A stretch of 64,000 nucleotides of DNA from Takakia lepidozioides (GCA_030704615.1 CM060734.1:43400001-43464000), one strand, 5' to 3'. Positions 33,830 through 47,044 are shown, counted from the stretch's first letter. A program made the numbers and translations. Notes: generated by a model not told the origin, from the letters alone.

Positions 33830-36384
33830 TTAGCATTAAAGGTATAAAGAATTAAAAACAGATTAAATTAGTATAAATGGGGACCGCCAGCCTTGACTAG
33901 AACATTAGGATCACAAAATTGAGTATTAGAAAACATTTTGATATTTTATATAAATATTAAATAAAATTTTAAAATGAGGATCCTCCTTCCCCAATAACAT
34001 AAAAATAAAAATATGATCTATTAATAACATATTAAAGTTTTTGAATATTTTTAAAAATAAAATCGGGGATCACCTGCCGTATAAATAGGGACTGCCCCAA
34101 TACAACATTAGAAATAAACATATGAAAAAAACATATGTGTGGACCACTAGATCTGGAGCCTCGAGGTTTTCAACATAGTATTAGAATTTAGAATATGAAT
34201 AAAACATATTAATAAAAAAAGGTAAATAGGGACTGCTTCAGCCCTAGCGGTCTTCAATATAATAGTTGAATTAACCAATGTTGGTATGGTATAGGTATCA
34301 TAACCGAGTATCAAGTATCAACCGTGGTGTCAAGGACCAGACCAGCCTGGTCCTAGATTAATCTACATACCCAGGGCGACACCATTGCTTGGCTTAGGGT
34401 AGGGTTTATGAGAACAGACGAATACCATAATGGTATGGTGTTCAGGGCTAGGGTTTACTGTTGATACTCCTTGCAAGCGTTTCGCAACCCTTCTTCGACT
34501 GGTGCCAATTCTTGTTGATGGGAAGTAGGAAAGAGTGTTATGGCGGCCATTTCGCAGCTTAGGGGGTAGGTGGATTGTTGGGCGAACAATCAAGGCTTGA
34601 ATCAAGCCTGTGCTACCAGAACTATCCACAATGTTCATTTTCAACCAGAGTGCAAGTAGGAGATCATTTTCCAATTGTCCACCCTCTTGTAGCAATGGTT
34701 GTGATTTGTACAGGCCATGTGAATCGTTTTTTTTTGTCTTGTATATGAAATTCCGTTACATAGTAGAAGCAGAAAGTTTGATTCCCATGTGCAGTTCATG
34801 TACGATGCACTCATGAAGTGTTTTTTAAGTGAATTGAAGCCTTGTTTTTTTTTTGTTTTTTTCTTAAGGGGGATAGAGGCCCTTTCAATCAAATTAAATA
34901 AAAGTAGAGTCATATCGGTGGAAAAACCAGTGCAGAGGCCGCCTTGTTTGATACTAGATCCCAATATTTATACCAGCTGATATTACTTGAGCACATTTGT
35001 ATTGATACCATTGCTTAAGTGATTAAAATAGTGATGTGGGTAGTACCACCATGCTAACAGACAAGCCAAAACAAGTCGAGGTCCCAAATGAGCGTCCCAA
35101 GTGAAATGAATGAGGTGAGAAGTTAATTAATCTTTGTTTAGCTTGGCTCCGTTGTTTTGGCATCTACGGCACTCTCGGATATCGCAACCAATTACATTGC
35201 TAGTACCAAAGGATATCAATTCAGCTTTAAAGCGGCTTATCATATCATGTATAAAATTTTAGGATGTCCATGAAAATATTACATAATCTTGCCACTTTGG
35301 TTTAATGGATACATATATATAATAATTATTAATTTTATTACAGCATTGTTTCCAATCATCCTAAAGGTTTTCTTGGGGGTTCTGTGCACACGTGGAATGG
35401 GTTGACACGTCTTCCTCTTGCAAACTCAGATTTGCGAACAAGTTTGTTTCTACGAAGAGAATAAATGATAAATATATTATAAAAATTACTGAGGTTATGA
35501 TGCTATTTTCCAGATTTAGTAGGCTATCCACAATAAACATACCGAATATGTGCCGATTATTCCTGCCCATTGTGTGTTATTGGGATGCTGTTCCTATCGC
35601 TATTCTTATCTCTAAGTTAATGCCTAGATTTGAGGGATGGGAGAGAACTCCGGCGGTAGCTGGCGTAACTACAGGCCCTTGCACCTTGCGGCTACTGCCC
35701 CCTGTCGGGGGTGGACTCTATGAAAATGGAACGGAGGTATGAGGGATATATAGTCTCAACATAGACATTGTGAAGAAGAACCCTGATGTATAATTAGAAC
35801 TTATCATATAAAACGTAACGGTTTGTTGGATCTGTCCCTTCAGGGCAGAGACTTTGCATCAGGTTGAAGTCAATGGAGAAATGTGGTCAATGGACCTTAC
35901 ACCCTGTCAAGAGTATGATTGGTCTAAAAAAGCTCTTAAGTATAAACTGTTTGCGGCTTGTTTGACCTTAAAGGACTAGCTAACTTCTTCCACTTTTGCA
36001 AAAAAACAATATATATCTTGACTAAACTAGCCCTATCTTCTTATCCCGATCCCCCCATCCATCCACATGGCCCACTTAATCTTTTTTATCTCCCAGATTT
36101 CTGAGTCCATGCAAAAGTGACCGTTGAATTTACTGCCCACCTACCCACTCTATTACCTCAAGAATGTTTAGCCATATCCAACTGCCAAATTAGAAGATTA
36201 TAATATTCAGATGTTGCCGAAAAAGAATCCTTCCTAGAAATGAAGAAATTTGCCAAATTTGGGCAATGTCTTCGTTGCATGATATGAGAGTCTTGGGAAT
36301 CTTCTACCTCACATGATAACACACCTTCCCTGAAATTTCCACTTTTTTCTGACCTGTTTTGCGTGGGCTGCTTTGTACTCACAA

Positions 36385-36416
<32 letters not shown>

Positions 36417-37686
36417 TCAAAAAACCCAATTTGCAGCAGGCAGGCCAACATCTGGGCTTGCGAAAATTACGTAGGACAAATCTACCGTCCAATTTACAAT
36501 CGCAGTGGTCCATGTCATACTTTCATGCAAAGGTTGTTGTAGAAATATTTTCAATCCAACCGGGCAATATTTTAGGCTATTTTGGGGCCCTGCCCCATAC
36601 TTCCCAGCCCAACCTATTTAGCCTGGAGCCCTACTATATATCCTACTCTAGCCCTTGTACGTGGGTTTTGGAGACCTTTCACCACCCGCCCTTTGCTCAT
36701 TGAGGCGATGACTTGGGCTTGTGGACACCGCCATTGGGGCATAACCCTTTGAGAACTGTTGCTCAAGTTTGGTGTCACCCCTCCCGGCACCTTTATGGCT
36801 ACCTTGCCCCCCAACCTTCACATTGTCCTAGGGTGCTGAATGTCAAGAGCCCTCCATGTGCTTATGACCAAGCCTACCTTGCCGGGTCCTTGAGGGGCTA
36901 CCATGCAGGCTGCTGCGCATTGATGGGGCATTGGGATGAGAGTGGGCTAGCCGTCCTTCCGGTAGAAACCCTTTCCATAACCTGATCGACTCAGCAAAAA
37001 CATGCCAAAAAAGCTGAGTTAGCCTCAGATTGGGGGATCTTACTCCATGTATAATATGTTTTTTCGAAGATTGGCCATTGCCTTTGTGTATAAAAACATT
37101 TTCCTATCTAATGAGCCAAAAATGACTCAAATCGGAGTCAATCCTCATAAGAACTGGATGGTTCAAGAAACCTGACCTAAAACAAACATATCTATGTCAG
37201 AAGCCTCGGCAATAACCTTGACTCAATCCAAAAAATGAAAGAATGTCCTCTTTATGCCCTAAATTATTCTTGGATGTGGGTATTGCACAGAATCCTGTAA
37301 GCACATCGGGGATGTAATTGGACGACAAACAAGTTGTTAAGCTTGCAGTGATCCTAACGATAGCTTTCAAGAATGGGGATCCCTTGATTCTAAGTGAAGA
37401 GTTAGTCTCGTGGGGACGGTAAGATCACAAACATCATTGATGTTATGCGTCGCACATCCTACGGGGTTATCACGAGTCACAATCAAGAATGTACAAAGAA
37501 TGCCATGCGGTGAATCCGTCTTAGCGCTTCGGTTCTCTCCATTTTGGTGGCATGCTCCAACGGATTTGTCAATGGCGGACCAACTCTGGTATGCTCTTCG
37601 GCAACAATTGACCGGCGGACTGCTCAATACTACTGATTAATAAACGTCCAATTATTTGAAACAAAAGGACTATAGCTGGTCTATAT

Positions 37687-38262
37687 CAGTGTTGGGCGGG
37701 TATAGGACTTTTAGCATACCCGCCGGCTCCGGTTATCTTCACTTTAAAAAAAAAAAAAACTTAGGAGGGATGGTGGCCTCGATAAACTTTATAGAAGTGG
37801 ACATAAAAAGGTCCAAGGAGTACAAAGATTGATCGGTGGAAAAAATAACCACCAGGGAGGCCGTGGAGGGGAAACTACCCCCTCACCAGACGACATAAAA
37901 CAAGCTAAAGCTTAGAGGGAAACTTCCCTGAAATAGATGATCGAGTAAGGTAGTAGCAGATAAGAAGAACGGCAGATTAGGAGAAAGATGCTAAGAAGAT
38001 GTAGAGACTTTTTTTATTTCTATATCCTCCAGATATGCATAGTGGACTTTAAGACAATGACAGATCTGGGTATGCATCCGCTTATTGATTTTGGGGCGGG
38101 TACTGGTGAGTATCGGCAGGGTATCAAGGAATACTAGGCCGTGTATGGAATCTTTTCTTGACATCTTCATACCCGCCGGTGCCGGATACCAGCTTACAAT
38201 TGGTTCTCCATCTGGATATGCATATTGATGCCCGCTGGTTATCCTATACCCGTCCAACACTA
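37687..38262. mobile_element. hAT-like MITE (old; TSD not recognisable)
   Basis: TIR CAGTGTTGGGCGGGTATAGGA versus reverse complement TAGTGTTGGACGGGTATAGGA; termini resemble 61770-62558. Confidence 0.7.
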
Positions 38263-38282
38263 CATGTGTCAGTTGACGACAA

Positions 38283-38445
38283 CCAAGTTGTAGTGGGGCA
38301 CATACCACCTCGGAAGTGGTTGTGGGTTCAACCCACCAATTGGAGTCACAAAGGTGTCCAGTGTCCACCTTCCTAGCGGATGGCAGTAATTCTTCGGGGT
38401 CAAGAGACACCATAATTTGACACTTCCTTATGGAGGCGTCATATA
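38283..38445 (+). mobile_element. tRNA-derived SINE, family A
   Basis: CCAAGTTGTAG...CATACCACCTCGGAAGTGGTTGTGGGTTCAACCC (B box); related copies at 38665-38835 (-), 39213-39326, 63425-63580 and 63899-64000. Confidence 0.6.
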
Positions 38446-38664
38446 TAATATGTTACTTTAAAAAAAAAAATGAAACCTGGAGCGACTGCTCACAATTCAG
38501 GCCCTTGAGGAGGGGGAAAATTTTGACCCCCTTTCAGATAAGCCATTAGGCACACACCACCAGACAAATGTTGGTTGGTTATCATTTTTTTTCAAAGCTC
38601 ATGAGCTTTAGGTTATATAAGTTGACTCACACAATAATAACCTCGGGTTCTAGGTGAAATATGC

Positions 38665-38835
38665 AAAGAAAAGAAAAAGTATGACACCTCCTGAAGGAAG
38701 CATAACTTATGGAGTAAATTCACCCCGAAGGGTTACTGCCTTCCGCTAGGAGGACACCTTTATGACACACCAGACCGTGGTTTGAACCCACAACCACACA
38801 TCCAACATGGTATGTGACCATTACCACTACTCTGG
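38665..38835 (-). mobile_element. tRNA-derived SINE, family A (inverted copy with T-rich tail)
   Basis: Reverse complement aligns to 38283-38445; its tail ...GGAGGTGTCATACTTTTTCTTTTCTTT matches 39298-39324. Confidence 0.6.
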
Positions 38836-39212
38836 TTGTCACATTTGAAGACATAGAACCGACCCAGATATCTTTTAAGTTGACGGGAAGCGGTTATCGC
38901 TATGGTTTTGCGGCAAATAGTAGTTTTTTTTTGGTGTCCAAGTGTCTATATTGTACATTGAAGTTGAAACGGCACATTGAACTTGAGCGATAGGTTCTAA
39001 AGGCTAGGTTCTGCAGCCTGCTTAGGTACTTCAATTATATCCGATGGTTGGCAGGTTATATGTCGGTTATAATAGAGAGACCCGACTTGAAATATCACCG
39101 CAGGTTATGATAGTTTATGAATCGGCTTATAACCTGACCACATATTATTCAAAATTTCATAACCGTAACCTGCAAATAACCTTCATTCAAATGCTATTCA
39201 CGCGTAGGTTCA

Positions 39213-39326
39213 AGTGTTTCACCGGGTGTTTGAGTTGTGCAGTACTGACGGGTAACCCTTCGGAGGTGAAGTGACTCAATAAGTTATGCTTCCTTCAGGA
39301 GGTGTCATACTTTTTCTTTTCTTTTT
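39213..39326 (+). mobile_element. 5'-truncated SINE A insertion with a 27-bp flanking direct repeat
   Basis: TTCAAATGCTATTCACGCGTAGGTTCA at 39186-39212 and 39327-39353 flanks the SINE 3' tail. Confidence 0.6.
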
Positions 39327-39356
39327 TTCAAATGCTATTCACGCGTAGGTTCAGGT

Positions 39357-39534
39357 TGTCGTGCGCATACATAATCGCTACACAACTACATCGCTGTCCA
39401 AAACCACACAACACATGTGCACACCACACACTAGTATACCACTAGTCCAGCCACTAGTCCAACCACTAGGCTACAGCTAGTCAGTCACTAGGCTGCCACT
39501 ATGCTGCCCACTATGGCAGTCACTAGTCCACACA
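39357..39534 (-). repeat. Putative 3' LTR (short, 178 bp) of the Gypsy element
   Basis: Minus strand: AGGGGGGCGAT then TGTGTGG...GCACGACA; end similar to 19921-20002. Confidence 0.55.
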
Positions 39535-39794
39535 ATCGCCCCCCTAGCTGGTGCTTAGGTCCCTCTAAGTCCAGGTAGCCACAAGATGTGATAGTGACCA
39601 TAGCCTCACTAAGTCCTCCACCACTATCCCTACTACACTCAAACTCGATAGATCAAGAGGCCGGGTGCAAGTGTTGCCCCATCATTAGTCACCGTCTTGT
39701 AGCCTGTGAACTTGAGCTTGGGATCTTATGTATTGACTCCTATAAGCTTGGCCTCCCATGTCTTGTTAGCTGCCTCCAGTCATGTCCATTGCCA

Positions 39795-40805
39795 TTATCC
39801 CAAGCAGTGTGGACACAACCAATCTCCGTCAGGAACCTTCTCAAGAGGTGGTGTCAAGCATCCCATATGCCAACCCCTTGAGCATCGATCACACACCAGC
39901 ATGGTGGCTGCCCTTTTGGCAGACCCACAGAGCATGCACCTCAAACCTGCAGGTACCACTGCCAAGTTTGGGTCAACTCTGCCATCGACATTGGGAAGGT
40001 GACATGGCGCACAATTACGCACATGGTCCTTCCAAGTCATGCCATCCCGACCCTCCAAGATCAGGATCCCTGAGGGCAACACCTCTCGAACCCTCAGAAT
40101 AACACGCCCTGCAGTAACATCCAGAGTCGTAGGAGCAGTCTGCTGTAAATAAACATAGTCACCAGGGCTAAACCTCCGAACCCCAGGACGATGTCCTCCA
40201 CCACGTATAGTAGCATACCTCAACGTATCACGGTGCTGTGCAATGGCAAGGTTCTCAAAAGCCATGGGCATGACTTTCTTGAACAACTCTGCACGCTGAT
40301 CACATGCACGTACCCACATGTCCGGATCGTCAAGGTTAAGGACTTGAGCAGTGTCCCTACGAATGGCTGCAGGCAAATTCGGCTCTCGGCCAAAGAGAAG
40401 GAAATATGGTGAGAAGGAGGCAAGTGATGCTTGTTTGCTGAACCTGTAGCCCATGGCTAACCAAGGAACCTGAAGATCCCAATCTCCTAGGTGTCCCTTC
40501 TGCAAGCCATACTTGCGCAAACCCCTCTTCACCGTCTGAACAACTCTCTCTACTAAGCCATCGGCCTCAGGATGATCCCGAGAAGTGGTGCGGTGGTCTA
40601 TCAAGGCTTTATCACACAAAGCCTGAAACTCCCCCAAGAACTCTCTCCCTTGGTCCGTGAGTACCTCAGCTGGAGCACCAAATCGGCTAAGCACACGATC
40701 CAAGAATGCATACGCAGCCCCCTCAGTAGCCTTGTCAAGCAATGGAACCAACTCAATCCACTTGGAGAAGTGCTCCACCATCACCAACACATATCTGTGG
40801 TGCAC
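39795..40805 (-). pseudogene. Gypsy integrase core (N-terminus deleted) with C-terminal PHD finger (39804-39938)
   Basis: RYVLVMVEHFSKW, FGAPAEVLTDQGREF, HPEADGLVER, SPYFLLFGREP; CMLC..MLVCDRC..WHMGCL..WLCPHC fits Cys4-His-Cys3. Confidence 0.9.
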
Positions 40806-40808
40806 AAC

Positions 40809-42200
40809 CTAAAAGTCATACTCCTGGAGTATGAGTGCCCACCGTGCAAGCTTCCCCGTAAGCTTGTCTGACTCCATCAACCACTTGAGTGGCTGGTGAT
40901 CCGTGACAAGGGTGAAAAGATTGTCGTATAGATAGCACCTAAAGTGTGCCACGGCCCACACTGCAGCTAAGCACTCTCCCTCATATGAGCTGTACTTAGC
41001 CTCTGCAGCGTTGTTCGAGCGGCTAGTATAAGCCACTACGAACTCTCTTCCCTCATCATCCACTTGTGTGAGCACCGCTCCAAGCCCCAGCATGCTCCAA
41101 TCCGTATGCAGCTGAAAGGGACGCCCCCTGATAGGTCGTCTCCGGATAGGCACCGAGGTCAACCTCGCCTTGAGCTCTTGAAAAGCTTGTTCCTGCTCAT
41201 CTTCCCACTGCCACTCCTGGTCCACCTTGGTCAGCTTGGTTAGAGCCTTTGCAATGGTACTAAATCCCTTGACAAACTGTCTATAATAGTTTGCCAACCC
41301 ATGAAAGCTCGAACTCGGCTCACATCCGTGGGGCGTGGAATTTGTGCAATGGCCTCTACCTTAGTCTGCTGTACCCCCAATCCTCCAGGATATATCATGT
41401 GACCCAGATACTCAATCTGGTTGTGGAAAAACTTGCACTTTCCCGGATGCAACTTCAATCCGTGCGCTCTCAACCGCTCCAATACCACCTAAAGGTGTCT
41501 CTCATGCTCCTCCATCGTAACACTAAAGATGATGATGTCATCTATGTAGCACCGAGCAAAGTCCACCCCTGCTAGAATCTTATCCATGACTCTCTGAAAC
41601 TCTGCAGGCGCATTCTTAAGCCCAAATGGTAAGAACCGCCACTGATATAGGCAATCCTTGTCGTGCTCATTGATCCCCCAGAATGTCGTCTTCTGCTTGT
41701 CCGCCTCCTTGATTGACAACTGGTGATATCCGGATCGTAAATCCAAAGTGCCAAGGACCTTAGCATGCCCGATGGCATCAAAGATCTCCTCTGGTGTTGG
41801 CATGGCATACTTATCGGACTTGGTCTGACGATTTACAGGCCGGTAATCACCGCACATACGTCTCTCCGTCCAATTGCCATAGACATCTTTCTTGGCTGGC
41901 ATCACTGTGGCTGAAGCATACTCTCCACCAGAGAGCTCCACCAAACCTGCCTCCCAGAGATCTTGAGTCCTCATCTGAATCAAAGACCTCTCCATGTCAC
42001 TGTATCTATAGGGTCTCCGAAAGATTGGCGTGTCAGTGGCCAACTCAATACGGATCTCTTGACCCTTCAGTGCTCCCAAGTCTTTCAAACTGAAGGCAAA
42101 GCAATTCTTGTAAGCCCTCAGGAACCGCCGTATACGTCGTCTTTCTCCTCCGGTGACAATGGGTCCAATGTCAGGCTCCCAATTGTCCTCCGTAACTGCA
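40809..42200 (-). pseudogene. Gypsy reverse transcriptase and RNase H (stops and a frameshift)
   Basis: RRMCGDYRPVN, LDLRSGYHQ, LPFGLKNAPAEFQR, YIDD, KCKF..YLGH, LHTDWS..GLGAVL, YSSYEGECLA, TDHQPL, RWALILQEYDF. Confidence 0.95.
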
Positions 42201-42549
42201 ACCTTAAGTCCAGTGGGCTTAGAGGTAGAGGACGCGTCCAGTGGTTGCTATGTTGGAACCTCTTGAGCAGTACTCCCTACCTGCTCAGTCAGTGATAAGG
42301 CCTCATCCTACCCCATCATCTCATCCTCAAGGACTTCCTCCACCCGAGAAAAATCCCCAACCTCATCTTTCATCGCCACCTTGGCTGCCAACTCCCTCTG
42401 AACCTCGAGCACCTCCCACGTGTGCCATGGATGCATGCACCCCGTGGTCCTCACATGCTCGCCCTCACTCACTGCCTGTACCGTCTCGGTAGGCAGAGAG
42501 ACCATCGAGGGAAGTGTACTCCGCACTCTGCGTTGCTCAGCCATAGCCA

Positions 42550-43440
42550 AGCTGATAATCCAGGTCAAGCAATTGAGATCCATTGCTTGCCCCAACACTT
42601 GACGATGTGATGCCTCAGAAAGAGACGACACCGCTGTGGTACCAGTGGTAAAACCCATTGCCCGCTCACGCTCGTTAGCATTAGGCTCCACTAACTGCTG
42701 CAACTGAGCATCCCACAGGAGGCCAGGTCCACTATCCCGGAAAGCATGCGATCCTGGGAAGCTGAGCAGTGTAGGTAATGCTGCTCGTGGTTGACCCACC
42801 TTGTTGACCACTGCCAAAGGCGAACGGTCATCGTGTCTCACACGCTGAGACTGCCTCCCTGTGTCTAGAATGCTATCCACTGTGAGATGTGCTGGCCGCT
42901 GCACCCCATCAAATGCACGCTTGAGCAGTGCGGGTGGCATCAAGTTAGTCCACCATAGCCATGGACGATGAGCCCGTGACCCCACTGTAGCTGCATCTAG
43001 CAACACTGCTGACCCAAGCCACGACCGGACTTGATGCACACTGGCCATCACCCTGGCCCGAGAATCGCCCATCAGTGGCACATTCTCCAAGATGTATGCT
43101 GGAGATACAGCTTGATGAAGCTGCAAGTGGCGCAAAACCCGCACCATCTCCCAAACAGACCCGACCTCGAGTCTCGCAATCCATTGCCATGCCCGGCTGA
43201 TGAATGCCCTTGGCAGGGCCAACCTGCCACTACCAGATCAATGGAGCCAACCCGCTCCAAATCCTGGCCAACAACAACTCAGGGTACCGCTCCACCAACT
43301 TAGCAACTTGGCGAAGTGAAACGCGTCGTGCAGTCTCATCCATCTCCACATATAGGTAACGCCGAACTCGTATACCTGCCTGTAACACAACAGCCAATCC
43401 GGTGCCGATCCCGCCAAACAAGTCCAGAAGACAAATGCCT
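42550..43440 (-). pseudogene. DNMT3-like C5 cytosine DNA methyltransferase domain within the Gypsy polyprotein (2 frameshifts)
   Basis: Motif I LDLFGGIGTG, II YVEMD, IV VAGWPCQGHS, V DSRSGLF, VI ILENV, VIII LLDAATVGSRAHRPWLWWTN, IX ERERAMGF, X RQVLGQAM, all in canonical order. Confidence 0.92.
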
Positions 43441-43583
43441 TCATCCGGATACTGCCACACAATAGGTGTGGTGTCCAATAGAGACAACTGAGGTGGTCCT
43501 GGTGCAATCCCCGCACTCTCCTCCTCTCCTGACGGTACAAAAGCCTCCACCCAGGCTTGTTGCACCCGTCAATCAGCATCCCG

Positions 43584-46345
43584 CTACAAATCCTTGCTCG
43601 TGCCCCACAATGGAGTCTGAGCAACCATGGTAGGCAACTCCGCCATACCATACATGTCATCTTGCTCTCCCGGAGGTGGCACATCCTCTGAATGAGCATT
43701 GCCCTCAAGCAACTCTCTAGGCCAACTCACTGCCGCTAGTGTCGGCATCTTGCCTCGTTGGGCAACCGCAATTCCTCCTATGAACGTCACAGGGAGCTGC
43801 ACACGCCGGCCCTCCCCTGACTGCCATGCAGGCCTATAGGAAGCTGACTCCTCCCAAAAATCCAAGGTGAAGCCCATGGGGTACAACACTGCCCCACCAA
43901 CCAGGACATCATATGAGACCGCGTCTGTTACAATGGCCTTGGCTCGCATCACTGAGCCATCTGTAGGGTGATCCGGCCGTAGTCTGATAGCGAACTCACG
44001 CCGTGTCATGCCCCGAGCCTGCTCCGATCCTTCCAGAGACGTCTGTATCTGGAAAGGACAAGGGTCCATATCCGCCTCCGTGAGGCCCAAGCCTGCAATA
44101 GTAGCTCTGCCCAGCATCAATGGCTGAGCTCCCGAGTCCAACAAGACCCGCAGTGGCCGGTACCTCTTGCCTGCCGGTCCACTCAAACAGAAAATGCCAT
44201 CCTGGTTGTCTAACATGACAACTCCAGGTGTCACCATGGCGTGCTCAATGGCTGGCCTAGCTGGCAGCTCCATCAACTTGGCAGCTGCAGCTTGCCATGG
44301 CGCCGCCGTGGCAGTCTTGACCCTCAAATCCGAGGATCCCTCCGGAACTACACCTCCCACTATCTCCGCAGAAGATGAAGTAACCTCCCCACTCTCACAG
44401 AGTGTAGCTGCCAGCTTGAACACCTCAGCTGGTCTTACCCCCGGCGTCGCAATCATGGTAGCCGAGAACAATGGAGCCTGGCACACAGATGTGGCCGCTC
44501 CTAGCAGCACACTAGCTGTCGTAGCCTTGGCAACACTAGGTAGTGGTGCTACCCGTGTAGCTCTTCCCAATGGCATAGTAACCTCCGCCTCGGTAACAGT
44601 CGGGCGAAAACTAGGTACCATGGATGGCGTCGACACTGTCTCCGCCAATGTGAATGACTGAGGAAGCCTAGCCTGACGGCTTGCCTCCTCACGCTGTGGA
44701 TCCAACTCCACCTCTGCATCTCGTGGCTCAGGAACTCGTGCTGCTCCTCGAGTCACGGCTGCAGCAGACTCCACCTGCACTAGTGGTAGTGCTGCTCCAC
44801 ACATGAATCCCATGCCTCCCATATCTCCTCCCTCAGGAGCAGGAGGTGGACCATCCGGCCTTAGAGCCGGTACCACCTGAGCTGTAGCCATGGCAGCGAG
44901 CCTCTGCTCTAGCTGCTGAAGCCGGTTGGCCATGCCTTGGTCAACACCCTGACCTCCGCGTCCTTGGCCATGTTGAGCTTGCCCTTGGCTTGCACCTCGT
45001 GGCTGGCCACCTTGTCCTCTCTGGGCTACTCCACCTTGCCCCCGGCCACCATTGTTCCCTTGGAACTGGCCTGGGCGCAACTCAGGATGCAAACCATAAC
45101 ACTGGGCCTCTCCATGCCCGTGTTTGCCACAATGCCCACACTGCAACTGTGCAGGTTGTGCATGTGTCCCTCTGGGCAATCCTTCTTGATATGGGGTCTT
45201 CCACATGTCCAGCATACCACATCCGCCCGTTGTTGGCCAGCAAATGAAGGGAGAGACCCCTGCATCTGAGGTCCTCTCTACCCTTCCTGAGCTTCACCTG
45301 AGCCCCCTTGTTGCCTTGAGCACGTTGAGGTAGTGGTTGGCTAGGAGCACCACTACCCCGTGGTGTCTCCTTAGCAAATCCCACCATAATCACTCGTTCC
45401 TCCACCATGTTGAGCTCTATCCGCTCTGCCAGCAAAAACACATTTGTTAAGGTGGGTTGGGCCGCTTGTAGGAGAGTTGCATCCCGCACCCTTCTCCTCA
45501 GCTCCTTGTCCAATATCCCATACCAGAATTGGACTGCCTGAGCTTCCGTAACCCCTTGGGTTACATTTATCAAGCGCCTCATGCAAGTGAAAACCTCCCT
45601 CAAGCTCTCGGTCGGTTTCCGTTGGAACTCTTGCAAGCTCCGCAACTTCTCTGTCCTCACCCCTTGGTAGTTCCCTCTCAACTCTTCGAAGAACTCCACA
45701 ACAGGGTTGAAGGCAGGCACGGGTACTAGTGCTGGTGCGGTAGTGGCTTGGGTGGACGTCGTAGCTACTGTACCACCAGTCCCACTAGTCCCACTACTGC
45801 TTGCTGAAGTTGCCGGTGCAGCGGCAGGTGTAGCCACTGCCTTCGTGGCTCTAGTGCCCCTAGTGATGGAGACATAGTCGAGTGACCAGTACATCCTCCA
45901 CTCCTCGATCTCAACCTCATGCCTCCGCCTGAACTCATGGTAATCATCCATAGGTGGCCCCTCAAGGTGCTGAAACAGCCCCTTCCATGCCATGAAATGC
46001 GTAAATAGTTGTGGATTGCGCATTTGCTGCAAATCACACCAACTATCAAACTCTTGGATAAAATCATCCAACTCGATGGTGCCCACCGCCCCAGAGTACC
46101 TTCGTGGGCCCCTTGGTAGCTCCATACATCTCCTCCATTGTGTCCCACAACAATGGCAAGGAAACAACTTGCACTGCCGGTATGAGTTCTCCTGATTCAC
46201 AATCCGAATCAGAACCTTCTGTAGAAGACACAGGAGGTACAGGTGGCCTAAACCGCACACCTCGTCTCGTGTACCCACTAGTATCGCTAGTGCTCAAACC
46301 GGCACTGTCCCCAGCAACTAGTGGCACCTCCGTGTTGACACTCAA
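43584..46345 (-). pseudogene. Gypsy Gag (two CCHC zinc knuckles) and aspartic protease, frameshifted
   Basis: LDDFIQEFDSW..., LQEFQRKPTESLREV, CWTCGRPHIKKDC, CGHCGKHGHGEAQC, VLLDSGA, DVLVG. Confidence 0.88.
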
Positions 46346-47044
46346 CCGGTTATGAACATGTCCCTAACCCCCTCTCCACAAGGTAACCGGGTAGAGAACC
46401 TGTTGCAGCTTAGGGTTTGGAATACTAAGTTCCTAACATAGCCTACACTTGTACCTGCATCCACCGCAAGCACTCCTATGGTTGGCTGGTCATCACCTCC
46501 AACCTCACCATAGGAGAAACAATGATGGTCTGGCTGGTCATCACCCCAGCCTCACCATCGACAGCATGCTCTAGGACTGGCCGGTGATCAAATCCGGACC
46601 AATCACCTATAAAAACAAGCGCCCACACAAAACTAGCATGACGCACAGTCAAGCATGTAGGTATGGAGGGGATCCAAACACAAGAAATCAGAACGACAAC
46701 TCCCCCACCACAAAAACAACTCCACAGTGTTGCTCCTGCAAGGACACCCCAGCCCAAACCCGGACTGACTCTTGCCTCCACCTACGGAAAGGTCTTGGCC
46801 TAATGAGAAGGTGAAACTACGAGGAAGAGAAGCTAAATCAATGCCTAACCCCAGCATGCCCTCATCCCAACACTCTTCCTCTCCTCTCTTCCCTTACTTG
46901 CATGACCATGGAAATATCATGAAGATACTCCTCAAACCGCCTCCACGAGCTTCAAAATTCGGCCTTCAAGACCACATGTCAGTCCTCAGGCAGTCCACCA
47001 GTGCCTCCACGAGTCAGCACAGGCCGTCCACAGGTCAACACGGG

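Larger units (their letters stand above)
28640..34360. repeat. AT-rich array of GGGGACC-N-GGTCCCC-type hairpin units, interrupted by the piggyBac and a Tourist MITE
   Basis: Units at ~28651, 28715/32960 (split by piggyBac), 32985, 33143, 33399, 33879, 34088, 34228 and 34334, usually preceded by AAAT. Confidence 0.55.

Noticed and set aside
34363-37640. Short ORFs between the piggyBac and the Gypsy
   Set aside because: No recognisable domains or consistent splice pattern; probably old repeat debris.
38665-39324. MITE with ~70-bp TIRs
   Set aside because: Both arms are the 3' tail of SINE family A in opposite orientations; the right arm has its own flanking duplication.
42550-43440. Bacterial restriction-modification methylase or contamination
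   Set aside because: It is collinear within a Gypsy polyprotein, shows DNMT3-type motifs, and has no bacterial genes nearby.
44167-45269. Plus-strand ORFs over the Gypsy element
   Set aside because: Antisense shadows of gag-pol with no motifs.
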